From Prasinococcaceae sp. CCMP 1430 (taxonomy: Eukaryota > Plantae > Prasinodermophyta): a stretch of DNA of 64,000 bases. Location of the stretch: assembly GCA_013416795.1 (NCBI GenBank), contig RQSC01000027.1:124001-188000 (forward strand). The letters run 5' to 3'. The position numbers and the translations under genes are program-made. The notes under the pieces are model-generated. The model saw only the letters and a program-made list of their open reading frames with translations. It was not told where the DNA came from and ran no database searches. This document shows, one piece after another, positions 1-10,306 of the stretch (positions are counted from its first letter, which is position 1; every line of letters starts with the position of its first letter).

Positions 1-1
1 C

Positions 2-520
2 AGCCGTGCGGCGCTGGCGATCGGGCTCGCACCCGCGCTCGAGCGGGCCCCCATGCCACGTGTGCTCACAGTGCTCTCTGCAGGCGTGCACGGGAGCTAT
101 TCGAAGTGGGACTCGGACGTGGACCTCAGTAAGGGCGCATACAGCATCAAGAACGCTGCCGACGCGGCGGGTGTGTACAACGACGTGCTCGTAGAGCAGA
201 TGAGCGTTGCTCACCCGAAGGTTGCGTACACGCACGCATCCCCTGGCTTTGTCAACACGAACTGGGGGGAGGAGATGCCCCTTCCCGTCAAGTTTCTCGT
301 GCGCTGCCTGCAGCCGTTCGGCAGAAGTCCTGCCAAGTGCGCGGACAAGCTTGTAGGGGGTATGGTGGCTGCCCAGGGGGACAAGACGGGTGGGTGGTAT
401 CTGATCGACCAGGACGGAGTGGCAAGTCCTAAGCCCGCGAAGGTGCATGAAGCCGCAAAAGGGCCCGTTTGGGAGCACATCACCCGGGTCGTCCGCGACA
501 AGGGAACGCAGTCGAAGTAA
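2..520 (+). CDS. Short-chain dehydrogenase/reductase-like oxidoreductase, C-terminal part (5' end outside the window)
   Basis: Open frame from base 2: SRAALAIGLAPALERAPMPRVLTVLSAG...YSIKNAADAAGVYND...YTHASPGFVNTNWG. This resembles the SDR beta5/helix region and the HxxPGxVxT motif. The Rossmann N-terminus is not visible. Confidence 0.65.
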   Translation, partial: SRAALAIGLAPALERAPMPRVLTVLSAGVHGSYSKWDSDVDLSKGAYSIKNAADAAGVYNDVLVEQMSVAHPKVAYTHASPGFVNTNWGEEMPLPVKFLVRCLQPFGRSPAKCADKLVGGMVAAQGDKTGGWYLIDQDGVASPKPAKVHEAAKGPVWEHITRVVRDKGTQSK

Positions 521-577
521 TTATGGCGAGCAGAGAAAGCTTACGTTCAAGCATGTGCGTGGGCCGCATCTTGAGTC

Positions 578-1885
578 TCACTCGCTGTCGAGCGCAAGTA
601 GCGCGACCTTCGCCCGCAGAGTCTTCAGCTGATTTTCAGCAACAGACGTCGCGAGCTCGAGGCGCGTCTCGAGGCCAGCGCCCGGCCCCTCGACGAGTGC
701 GAGCGCGCGCGCACGTGCCTGCACGAGCGCCTCGTCATCTGCGAAGCTCGCGGCGGGCATCGCCTGCAGCGCAGCAAACGATAGCCGCTCGCAGTAACAG
801 AGTTCCGCCCAGCCCTGTGCGTCCTCGACAGTGGGTGCGAGCGCGCCGTAGGCGCTGAGCGCGGGCCCAGCGAGCTCGTCGCCACCGTCGATCACCACAG
901 CGTCGCCGCTCGCGACCGACGCACCCAGACGTTCGGCCTGCTCACGCTCCTCAAGCGACCACGGGGCGTCGTCCGCTTTTATGCGCTCGGTCTCTGCCTG
1001 TGCTCGTGCTGCCTGCAGGTCCGCCACGGTCACGGGGCGCTTGCGCTCAGCCCATTCGATTGCAGAGCGCAGCGAAGATGTCTCGGCATGGCCCCACAGC
1101 ATGCCATCGTCCGCGTCCTCCGACTCGGGAGTGTCCCCTTCGCTCGTCCCGTTCGGCGCGCGTCCCGTCAGGCGCTCCGCGAGCTCCATGACGGCGGCGA
1201 GCGTCGCCTCTAGCTGCACCGCGCTCTCAAGCATCGACTTGGTGAGCTGCGTGTCCGGCAACGGGCAGGGGGAGCGCGGGTCGGAGGAGGGATGCGGGAC
1301 ATCGTGGCACAGGGCAGTCAGGAAGCCCCCATCGCTCTGCTGTACGGCGTCCTCGAGCATCAGGCGACCCTCACACACAATTTCAACCTCGCACCCGACT
1401 TCGAGCCTGTCCATGCGCACGACCCGTGCGAGCGAGGCGACCGGGACGATGCCTGCCTGCCCCCCGCCCATGTCGGCCACGCAGATGTGAGCGAGCAGGC
1501 CACCGCAGCGGTCGACGGCGTCCTCGGCTGCGCCCAGCGTGCGTGCCTCGAAGAGGTGGAGGCGCTTGCGACTGCCCGGTAAGAAGGGCTCGTCGACACT
1601 GAAGCACAGCGCGGGGAGCGCCTCGCGTCCCGGCATGTACTCCCCCCGCGCCCCCTCGTCGCCCGCCTCTGCGTCCGCGCCATTGCCGCCCGCGTCCGCG
1701 GCCGCGCCACCGCCGTCCGCCGCTCCATGAGCGCCGCCATCCCTGCCGCAGGCCAACCCCCTGAGCGTCCCCGCGCCCCGACGGGACGGCGGCACGGTGC
1801 TCCCGGCGCGCGCGCTGTGCAGTGCGGGCGCCCGTAGCCCTCCCCGAGCGCGCCCAGGGTGCGGCGGCACGGAGCCGACCGACAT
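578..1885 (-). CDS. LON peptidase N-terminal (substrate-binding) domain protein, probably organelle-targeted
   Basis: LPALCFSVDEPFLPGSRKRLHLFEAR and SLARVVRMDRLEVGCEVEIVCEGRLML match the LON-N pattern. There is no AAA or protease domain. The N-terminus is Arg/Ala-rich like a transit peptide. ATG chosen at 1885; the ORF track opens at a GTG at 1966. Confidence 0.6.
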   Translation of the reverse strand: MSVGSVPPHPGRARGGLRAPALHSARAGSTVPPSRRGAGTLRGLACGRDGGAHGAADGGGAAADAGGNGADAEAGDEGARGEYMPGREALPALCFSVDEPFLPGSRKRLHLFEARTLGAAEDAVDRCGGLLAHICVADMGGGQAGIVPVASLARVVRMDRLEVGCEVEIVCEGRLMLEDAVQQSDGGFLTALCHDVPHPSSDPRSPCPLPDTQLTKSMLESAVQLEATLAAVMELAERLTGRAPNGTSEGDTPESEDADDGMLWGHAETSSLRSAIEWAERKRPVTVADLQAARAQAETERIKADDAPWSLEEREQAERLGASVASGDAVVIDGGDELAGPALSAYGALAPTVEDAQGWAELCYCERLSFAALQAMPAASFADDEALVQARARALALVEGPGAGLETRLELATSVAENQLKTLRAKVALLALDSE

Positions 1886-2081
1886 GCATGTAGCGCCCCT
1901 CGATCGACGGCGGCTGGATCGCGGCGAGCTGGATGTATTCGCCGCATACTTTTTGCAACACGTCACATTTTGGCCAGAACACTACTACCGCACGACGGTC
2001 TGTCTGTCAGTGTGCACCCTCCTGGCGTGCGACCGCCGCACCCACCCCTCCCTCCCCGCGCGCGCGTGCGCGCGCACGCGA

Positions 2082-3280
2082 ATGCCGCGATACCAATCCG
2101 GACTGGAACGAATCGGCGCGGCGCGGCGGCGGCGCGCGGCGGCAGACGCGCGCGGGGTGCGCACGGCGAGCTCGTCGCCGCGGGGACCGAATGCGGCCGC
2201 GTGCGCGTGTTCGACGCGCGCGCCCCGCCGCGCGCGGCGGCGTGCGTCGCGATCGACCTGAGCACCGACGCGCAGAAGGCCGGGGCCGCGGAAGTGACCT
2301 GCGTGCAGTTCAGCCCCGCCGAGCCGCACGTGCTGCTCGTTGGGTGGGGCACAGAGGCGCTCGTCGTAGACACGCGCGCCGCGGGTGAGGGAGGCTGCGG
2401 CAGCGGCAGCGGCGGTAGCAACCGCACGGCGAGCGGAGAAATCGTTGCCGCGCTGGCGTGTGGCGAGGAGGAGGTGTCGTGCGTGTCCGCGTGCCCGCGC
2501 GGCGCGCTCGCAGCGGTCACGGACGACGCAGGTGACATACGCGTGTTTGATTTGAGATCGAGGAGGATGCGGCGGCGCATGCGCGGCGCGCACGAGCCGA
2601 TGGCGGCGGCGTGCTGCTGGCGCGGCGCCGACGCGCCGCAGCAGCTCGTGAGCGCTGGGCTCGATGCGACACTCGCGCTTTGGGACATGGGGGACCAGGG
2701 CAAGCTCAAGAGGCGCTGGCCCGCCCGCGACGTCTCCCTCTTGCAGGGTGGCATGAGCGCAGGAGTCAACCCGCCATACGTGCACGCACTCGCGTGCGAT
2801 GCGAGCGCTCGACTCTGCGCGGCAGCGATCGGTGACGGCTCGGTGTGCGTGTACAGCACGCACGCAGCAGCCCTCGGCGGGGTAGGGAGCAGGGGCGGAG
2901 GTGGTGGGCGGCGCAAGCGCGGGGTAAGTGGCAGAGGCGGGGGCGACGGTCTATACGTGGCAACCTCCCCGGAGGCGCACGCCGCTGCCGCCTCGGCGGT
3001 GGCATTCTGCCACGGCGGGGCGGCGTTGGTCTCCGGTGGTAATGACCGCCGCCTGGCGCTGTGGCGATGGGGCGCAAGCAGCGCCGCTGGCGGCAGCGCG
3101 ACCACCACAGACGCCGCCGTGGACGCGGCGGCTGCGGCGACGGTTTACACGCCGCTGCGGCGCAAGGTGAACGCGCTGGCCGTGCTCGGCGCCGGGGATG
3201 ACGCCGATGCGCGCGTGCGCGTGGCCGTAGCCGACACCGGACCGAAGCTCAAGCTCGTGCAGCTCAGGGGCACAGAGTAG
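2082..3280 (+). CDS. WD40-repeat protein, WDR53-like (5' end unresolved)
   Basis: WD repeats: VAAGTECGRVRVFD, AAVTDDAGDIRVFD, LVSAGLDATLALWD, LVSGGNDRRLALW. The NPPYVHAL motif recalls WDR53. No in-frame ATG lies upstream of the first repeat; the nearest ATG (2082) is in another frame. Confidence 0.7.
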
Positions 3281-3469
3281 CCCAGCGGGGGCGCCGTGCG
3301 CGAGGCGCGTCGAAACGATCGCGGCAACGGCGATGGCGAGCCCGAGCAGCCTATGATCAGAGCATAGCGCGCGTTGCACAGCGCAGCGCATCTCGTGGCG
3401 CGCATCGCATCACAGCATGCAGCTGCACGCTTGGCCACTGCCACTGCCTACTTGAAGTCCTATAATTAA

Positions 3470-5011
3470 TTAATGTCCACGCCGTGTGCTCCCCCCTGAG
3501 CGTCTAGTGTGCGCATCTCGCTGGTCGTCCTTGTCGTACTCGCAGAAGTAGTATTTGTCTGGAGGTGCATCGATAGGAAGCACTGCCTGGGGGTGCGTCT
3601 CGCATTTAATTAGGCTCCGCCAGTACGTGTGTGAGTTGTTGGTACCGTTCGCGTAGTGCCCACGTCGATTGCGCTTGAGTAGATTCACAGTGATGATGCC
3701 CTCCGAGAGCAGCCACGTCGAGTCATCGGCCTTCACGTCACGGTAGAGCTCGCCTGCCAGAAGCGGAGCGCCCTCGTACTCGACCCGCAGATGCGTCGAT
3801 GTGATCTGCACGTCCACGTCGCGTCCAGTCGCGTTTGGGGGCAGCAAGAAGTGAGCCTCCACGAAACTCTGGTTTTGGACCCACTTGTACTTGCCCGGAA
3901 CCTCGCCACCAAGCTGCGAGTGTACACGCGCACGCGCGCGTCAGCGCGAGCGCGTGCGCTCGGAGTCAATAGTGCCCTTCCTGTGCTGGAGCTAGCAACG
4001 CACCATTCCATCATACGTGATGCAATCCCATTGCGTCTTCTGTGGGTTGGCCTTTTGCTCGGCGAGCTTGACGAGGGCGGCCTGCTCGGAGCGCTCCATG
4101 AGCACAAGCTCCTCGGGTGAGTAGGACGGTTCTCGGGGCTTTGGGTTGGCGCGACCGTACATGGTCTCTATGATACGGTGACCTTGGCGCTCCATGCGCT
4201 CCACCTCGTCGTCCTGCGCGTGCTCGCCGCGGATGCGCCGCCGAGCAACGAGGGAGTTGAGCATCACATGGGACGTGTCAGCTCGGGTGGACGCACACCT
4301 GTGGCCACCGCCAGCGAAGGAGCGCGCACAACAAGGCTACGCGCACCTTGAGCACGGCCTGTTTTCCGTGCTTGCGCATCCACCTGGCAAACTTGGGCTC
4401 GTTCGCCTCGATTGCGTCGGCGAAGTCGTTGCGGCGGCACCATGTTCGATGGAAAGGCCAGTAGGCCTTCTGGCACTTGACTGAGCAGAAGTACACCGCG
4501 TGGCAGCGGCTACACCGCGCTAGAGATTCGGTCGAGCCGCAGTTGGCTATAATATAAGCAGAGGTCCACCCGCAACGAGCACGCGTTAGCTGCTGGAGCG
4601 CGATGGCAGCAATTGGCTCGCACGCGCTCTGCGGGCGCGTACGAGCTGGCGGCGAGGCACACGAGGGCGCCCCATCACGGCGCTTCCCCTCTCCCTCAAC
4701 CGCGAGAGCGACGCCCTCGAGGCGTACCGCGGCGCGCCGAAACGCGCGTGGACGGCGCCTCTCTCCTCTTTCGCCCTTACGGCGCCGCGAGAGCGAGCCC
4801 ATCCGCCCCGCGCCCGCGTGCCGTTGGCCCGCGCGCAAGCGCGCGCGCGCACGCCGCGCCGCCGCCATTGTGCACGACGGCGTCTTCCTGCACAACGAGC
4901 GCTTCTTCGCCGCGGCGCAGCGCGCCGCGGCCCGCTGCCCACGTGCGGCCACGCACCGCACTCCTTGATGTCCTGTTCCGCGTCTGCGTGTGCCGCGCCG
5001 CTCATGGACAT
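3470..5011 (-). CDS. MYND zinc finger + CS (p23/NudC-type) domain protein, 4 exons, about 302 aa
   Basis: Exons 5011-4957, 4546-4347, 4213-4004 and 3913-3470 join in frame over GT-AG introns. Splicing restores CANCGSTESLARCSRCHAVYFCSVKCQKAYWPFHRTWC (MYND) and GKYKWVQNQSFVEAHFLLP...LAGELYRDVKADDSTWLL (CS domain). Confidence 0.85.
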
Positions 5012-5463
5012 GGCTTTCGGCCCCGGGGGGTGGAGGGCGGGGGAGGGGCAGGGAGGGAGGGTCGGCGGCGCCGGTGGGCTCCCGCGCGCGCGGTCTGGGC
5101 GCTGTTCCCCCTCGCGGCCCAGTTCCCCCCGGCACCCGGATCTGCAACGTGCCAACCCTGCACGCAGGGGGGCACAGCCGAATGTACCGATGGTAAAACC
5201 TACAACACCAACTACCGTAAATAGTCGTAAAAATTGGCCCCTAACCTCAGCGCCGCGCGCTCGCGCTGTGTGACAGATGGGGTTCCCCGGGGGGGGGGGA
5301 CTGCACCGCGAACGCCCGCCCGCGGGGGTGGGGTCGCCCCTCCCCCTCCCCCTCCCTCCCCCCCCCCCCCTCCGCGGACCCGAGCGCGCGGCCGCGCCAC
5401 TCCGCGCCCCCGCGGGCGCGGGGCGGCCGCTCACCTGCGGCACTCACCCAGCCACCGCACACG

Positions 5464-7890
5464 ATGCCTCTCGTGCCTTCGCTGGCGCTGCGCGCGCGGC
5501 TGGCGTCGCTGGCGCTGCTGGCGCCGCTGCTGGCACTGCTGCTGGCGCTGCTGGCGCCCATGCCTGCGAGCGGGGCGCGCGCGCTGCAACAAGGGCGCGA
5601 CCGCCGCTGTCCTCGGAGCTTTCGCTTGTGCGGCGAGCTCGCCGTTGACCCGGCCTCGCTGCCGGACCTGCTCTACCGAAGTGCGGGGCACGTGCGGCCC
5701 GTCGAGCCCGTCGACCTCGCGAGCGACGCGGACGCGCTGCGCGAGGTGGGCAAGGCGCGCAGCTACAGGGGGGAGCTCATCGTGCTGGCGGCGACGCGCT
5801 CGCACTGGGCGTACGCGGCAAACGCGGTGACACAGCTGCACCAGCTGCGGATGGAGCACTACATCGTCGTCGCGCCCTCGCTGGAGGACTGCGTAGCGCT
5901 CCAGGAGAAGACTCCGAAAATGGCGTGTGTGTACTCCACGCTGGTGTCTACCGACGCCCACGGTGACACTCAATGGTCTGTGTGGACGACGCGCAAGCGG
6001 TACGTTGGCAGGTGGACAGCACTCGGCCTCGGCGTTCTACAAGCGGACCTCGACATGATTTTTTTCGAAAACCCATACCCAGCGCTCAAGGGCTCGCTCG
6101 CCGATCTGTCGCTTGTACACCTGCAGGAGGGGCGCTGCCATACCGCGCGTGCCAACGGCGGCCTGCTGTACGCGCAACATGCGTGCATGGGCTCTGTGGC
6201 GCACTGGGTGCTGCGCGAGGTGTTCGAGCGCGCGCATCGCATCGTTGAGGATCCGCGCGTGCTTAACACGTACTACCCGGGTGGCGACCTCCTCTCAGAC
6301 GGCGTCGACCTTGACGATCCGGGCATGTACAGGAAATACGTGCATGCTACGAGCGACGAGCAGGCCTTGCTCCGCGACGCGCTCATGAGTGCGTTCGTCG
6401 GCAAGGAGATGCACTTCCTGAGCGTGCAGCCAATAGCGACTAGCTTGCACGGCTTCGACGCCTGGAGGGCGGCCTACGACCGAGCCAAGGGCGGCGAATT
6501 CTCGTGCGCAAAGGTGGCCATGGAGAGGGACGCCGTGCCTGGCGTGTGCTACGATCCGTCCAGCAACAAAGGGGCCTCCCTGCACGCCGTGGCACGTACT
6601 CTCACCGCGCCCGCCGAGGCCCGAGCCAATCGCGACCCCGACGCCAGCGACGTGCTCTGCCTCGATCCGCCCGCCGAGTACGGAGGCTTCGCACCGTACG
6701 AGCTCTTCGGCTCCGTAGCCTCGATCACCGTGCAGCGAGACCAGGTGAAGAACTGCTCATATCTCGCGGATACCTTCGTCGCACCCACACTGTGGGGCCG
6801 TCCGCGGGTGTCGCCCGCATCGGTGGTTCATCTGGTGGGCGCCTCGCACCCAGGGCGCGGCGTTATCATGCGCGCACTCGGCGCGTGGGACTATACCATC
6901 GCGCCCCTGATTGTGCCCGGCGTTGACACTGCTGCGCCGGCCTCGCGCATGAAACGCGCGCTTGGGCTCGCCCATCCTGCGGCGGTCGAGGCGTTCGCCT
7001 CGCTCCACGACTTTGAGGCGATGCTCGCGGCGCTCCACATGATCGCCGACGCGACTGGCCGCACGATGGCCGCGCCCGCGATGATGTGCCCGCGCGCGCC
7101 GACGAACACGGCGCCCTGGTGGTCGACGATGAATGCCTTCCTCCAGATGCCGGTGGGAAGGGAACAGGTACGTGACGTCAGTTGACTTGAGACCCTGACG
7201 GCACGCCCGTTCGGCTCGAAGTCCTTGAGACGCTGCCTCCGTACGCGTGCGCTGCGACTCGGCGTCGCCCAGCTGTCTTGCGCATCGAAATATATGCACT
7301 GTGCTGACGGGCCTGGCCGCGCCGCCTGTGAGCAGGTGCGCGCCTCGGCGTCGCTGCAGGTGCCGCAGCATGCCTCCGAGCCGCCCTCGCACATCTGCGT
7401 GTGGCTAATGCGGACGTCCGAATGGTGCACCGAGTGGGACTTCCTGCACCCGCCAGACCTGGACAGGCTGGTGGTGGAGACGGGCGGCCTTGGCGCGGTC
7501 GCGACGGTGTCGCTCGACGACCTGCTGCTCGGCGAAGCCGATCGCGCAGCGCTCGAGGGTGAGGCGGATGGCGGGGGCGCCGTGATCGCGTGGGATGCGG
7601 AGTGGTGGGCGCGCTACGATACGCTCCCCGATGAGGGTATGGACTTCGTCTTCGACGCGGAGAAGCTCGAGAGCTTGCTAGGCAGGGAAGAGGCCGTCGT
7701 TCTCATCGACTTGGGCGGGCGCGAGACGCTTCCCTGGGGCATCGCCAACGTGCGGGCGGGCTCGCGCGTCGATGAAGCGCTGTCGGCGCGCGCGCGCATC
7801 CGCGGCGGCTGCACTGTGCTGCGGGACGCGCAGCGCGGCCGGCCGCCGAGGTTCGGGGCGCGGGGAGCGACGCTCATTCACGAGTGGTGA
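5464..7890 (+). CDS. Type II membrane nucleotide-diphospho-sugar transferase (GT77-like glycosyltransferase)
   Basis: N-terminal hydrophobic anchor, LGLGVLQADLDMIFFENPY with a DxD motif, and ANGGLLY. Donor at 7168 (CAG|GTACGT). The acceptor is either 7221 or 7272, both in frame with ORF 7225-7890. Confidence 0.75.
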
Positions 7891-8515
7891 TGGCAGCAGG
7901 TGGCCCACGCGCGCAGGTAATATTGGGGATCGAGTGAACAGACCCGGTGTGCGGCGCCGTTGCTTGCGCGCAGACCCGGATACATAGTGCGGATACGCGG
8001 TGTGCATCGGCTGAACCTGAGGGTTGGGGTTGGACCGTGGGCCTGCGGCCATCCAGCGCACTCTGCTCGATTTGCGCGCCGCCGGCACCACACTGCGCGC
8101 TCTGCTGCGGGGCGTGCGTGGCCTCGCGGCGCGCCGCGAGGGCGGGGTTGGGTGGGGCGGAGTGGGGAGCCTTCGCTCGCTCGTCGCGTGGGGAGAGGCT
8201 TGACGCATCGCGGTCGCGCTGCCCGCGCTGCTGCACCCCACCCCGCCCGGCACACGTGCCCGCACGCCCGGCGCGCTCACGCGCATGCTGCTGGGGCGTG
8301 GGCACGCGTGTCGCGGCGTCGCAGCTGAAGCGACGGTGTCGCCGCTGGGCAACGCGGCGGCGGCGTGCGCGGCCAGCGCGTGTGCGACGCGTGAGCAGGT
8401 GGGATGGCAGGTCGCGTGTGTGACAAGAGCGCTCGGACCCTCGGTCAGGTTGGGCGCAGGGGCGGCCGTGCGGGCATGTGCCGGCGCAGCGGCCCGGACG
8501 CCGCTGTTCGAGGCG

Positions 8516-10015
8516 ATGGCTGGCGCAAGCTCCCGCCCGCCACCTGTGCTGGCGGATGTTACCGAGTGCCCCGTGCGCGTGCGCGGGCGCACGCGGGGCG
8601 AGCTCGCGATCGTCGGATCCGCCGCGCCGGCCACATCGCCGACTGTGCTCACAACCTTCCCCGCCGGCGCCGAGCGCCTCGCAGTGGTGCGCCCGGCGTA
8701 CTCGCAGGACGCGGCGGCGGTGCCGCTGAGCGATACGCTGCGGCCGGCAGGACCGGACGGCAGCGCCGGGGTAATAATGCCGCGTGAGTGCGGCACGGGG
8801 GCCTTTGTCGTGGACGAGTACGTGCGCGGCCGTTCAGGTGCTGTCGGGCAGGCCGCCCGCGAGTGCATGGAGCTCGGTCAGCACGCTGTGCCGCTGCTGT
8901 CGTACCTGCGTGCGGCGGGCGTGCCCGTCGCGGAAAAGGAGCGCGAGGAGTTTGAGCAGCTGCCCGCCCGCTACCCGCCGGACGAGCGCACGGCGCATCC
9001 TCAGTCTACCAATCGCGTGCTGATGATGGCGCCGACGGCGTTTGGATTCAACGCCGACGCCGCGGAGGACAACTACTTTATGAACGGGGCCAATACGGGG
9101 ACTGGCGCAGGGTCGGGGGACCCAGCGAGCTCCTCCATAACGCAGCGCGCCATGCGCGAACACCAGGCGCTCTGGCGCGCGCTGAGCGATGCTGGTGTGG
9201 TGGTCTCGTTGTGGTCACACAGCGCCGAGCAGGGCACACCCGATGCGCTCTTCCCCAACAACTGGTTCTCAACGCACGCTGCGACAGGCGCGGCTGCGGG
9301 GCGCACAGAGCAGGCGACGCTCGCGCTGTATCCGATGAAGCCGCCGAACAGGCGAAAGGAGAGGCGCGACGACATTGTGGCGTGGCTCAGCAGCCGGTAC
9401 GGGCGCGTGGTGGACTTCTCGCCGGCGGAGGAGGGCAATGTACGCATTCCTCACGCGGATGCGGACGGCGCCGACGCGCCAGCTCCCGCCGCGGCCTTCC
9501 TCGAAGGCACCGGCAGCCTGGTGCTCGACCACATCAACCGCGTGGCATACGTGGCCGCAAGCGAACGCTCGGACGTGGCGCTGGCGAGTGCATGGGCAAG
9601 TACCATTGGTTTCAGCGAGCTGGTGGCCTTCGACGCCACCGACGCGGATGGCAGGCCAATTTACCACACGAATGTCGTGATGTCCATCGGCACGTCCTTC
9701 GCGGTCGTGTGCGCGGAGGCCATCGAGGACGACGGCCAGCGCGAGCGCGTGCTCGCGCGCCTGCGGGCCGGTGGCAAGGAAGTGATCCAAATATCGCGTG
9801 CGCAGATGGAGCAGTTTTGCGGCAATGTGCTCGAGCTGCGCGACGGGCGGGGGAGGCCCATCCTGGCGCTCTCCGAGGCGGCGCACTTCGGCTTCACCGG
9901 CGAGGACAGGCTCACGCTCAGCAGGCACGTGCACGACTTCGTGAGCGTCCCCATCCCCACCATCGAGGCCATCGGCGGCGGCAGCGTGCGCTGCACCCTC
10001 GCGGAGCTCTTCTGA
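8516..10015 (+). CDS. Amidinotransferase/arginine deiminase-superfamily enzyme (bacterial CtlX-like) with an extra N-terminal region
   Basis: QSTNRVLMMAPTAFGFN, DALFPNNWFSTH, LYPM..NRRKER, FLEGTGSLVLD, IYHTNVVMSIG, FCGNVLEL and IEAIGGGSVRCTLAEL, so the Asp/His/Cys catalytic set is present. ATG chosen at 8516; the ORF is open from 8285. Confidence 0.85.
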   Translation: MAGASSRPPPVLADVTECPVRVRGRTRGELAIVGSAAPATSPTVLTTFPAGAERLAVVRPAYSQDAAAVPLSDTLRPAGPDGSAGVIMPRECGTGAFVVDEYVRGRSGAVGQAARECMELGQHAVPLLSYLRAAGVPVAEKEREEFEQLPARYPPDERTAHPQSTNRVLMMAPTAFGFNADAAEDNYFMNGANTGTGAGSGDPASSSITQRAMREHQALWRALSDAGVVVSLWSHSAEQGTPDALFPNNWFSTHAATGAAAGRTEQATLALYPMKPPNRRKERRDDIVAWLSSRYGRVVDFSPAEEGNVRIPHADADGADAPAPAAAFLEGTGSLVLDHINRVAYVAASERSDVALASAWASTIGFSELVAFDATDADGRPIYHTNVVMSIGTSFAVVCAEAIEDDGQRERVLARLRAGGKEVIQISRAQMEQFCGNVLELRDGRGRPILALSEAAHFGFTGEDRLTLSRHVHDFVSVPIPTIEAIGGGSVRCTLAELF

Positions 10016-10306
10016 GCTGTCAACAGAGAGATCCGAGGCGACGGACCCGAGGCGGCGACTGATAAGTTGAGCATTTTGAGTTCAAAAGTGGGCGCTGCAA
10101 CCCAGATTTTATCACCGTCAAACTGGTGGACGGACCGGTCTCAACATACCATCTCCCGGTCGCGATTGATCGGATACTTGTGATTTCCTCGCCTCATTCC
10201 GCATGTTGTCGAGGCTGCCGGCGTGGGCGAGGCGCACGGGTCGGCGTGGAGGCGGGGGCGATGGGGGGGGCGCCTGCATCGTGGGGCGCGGCCGCCGCGG
10301 CGCGCC

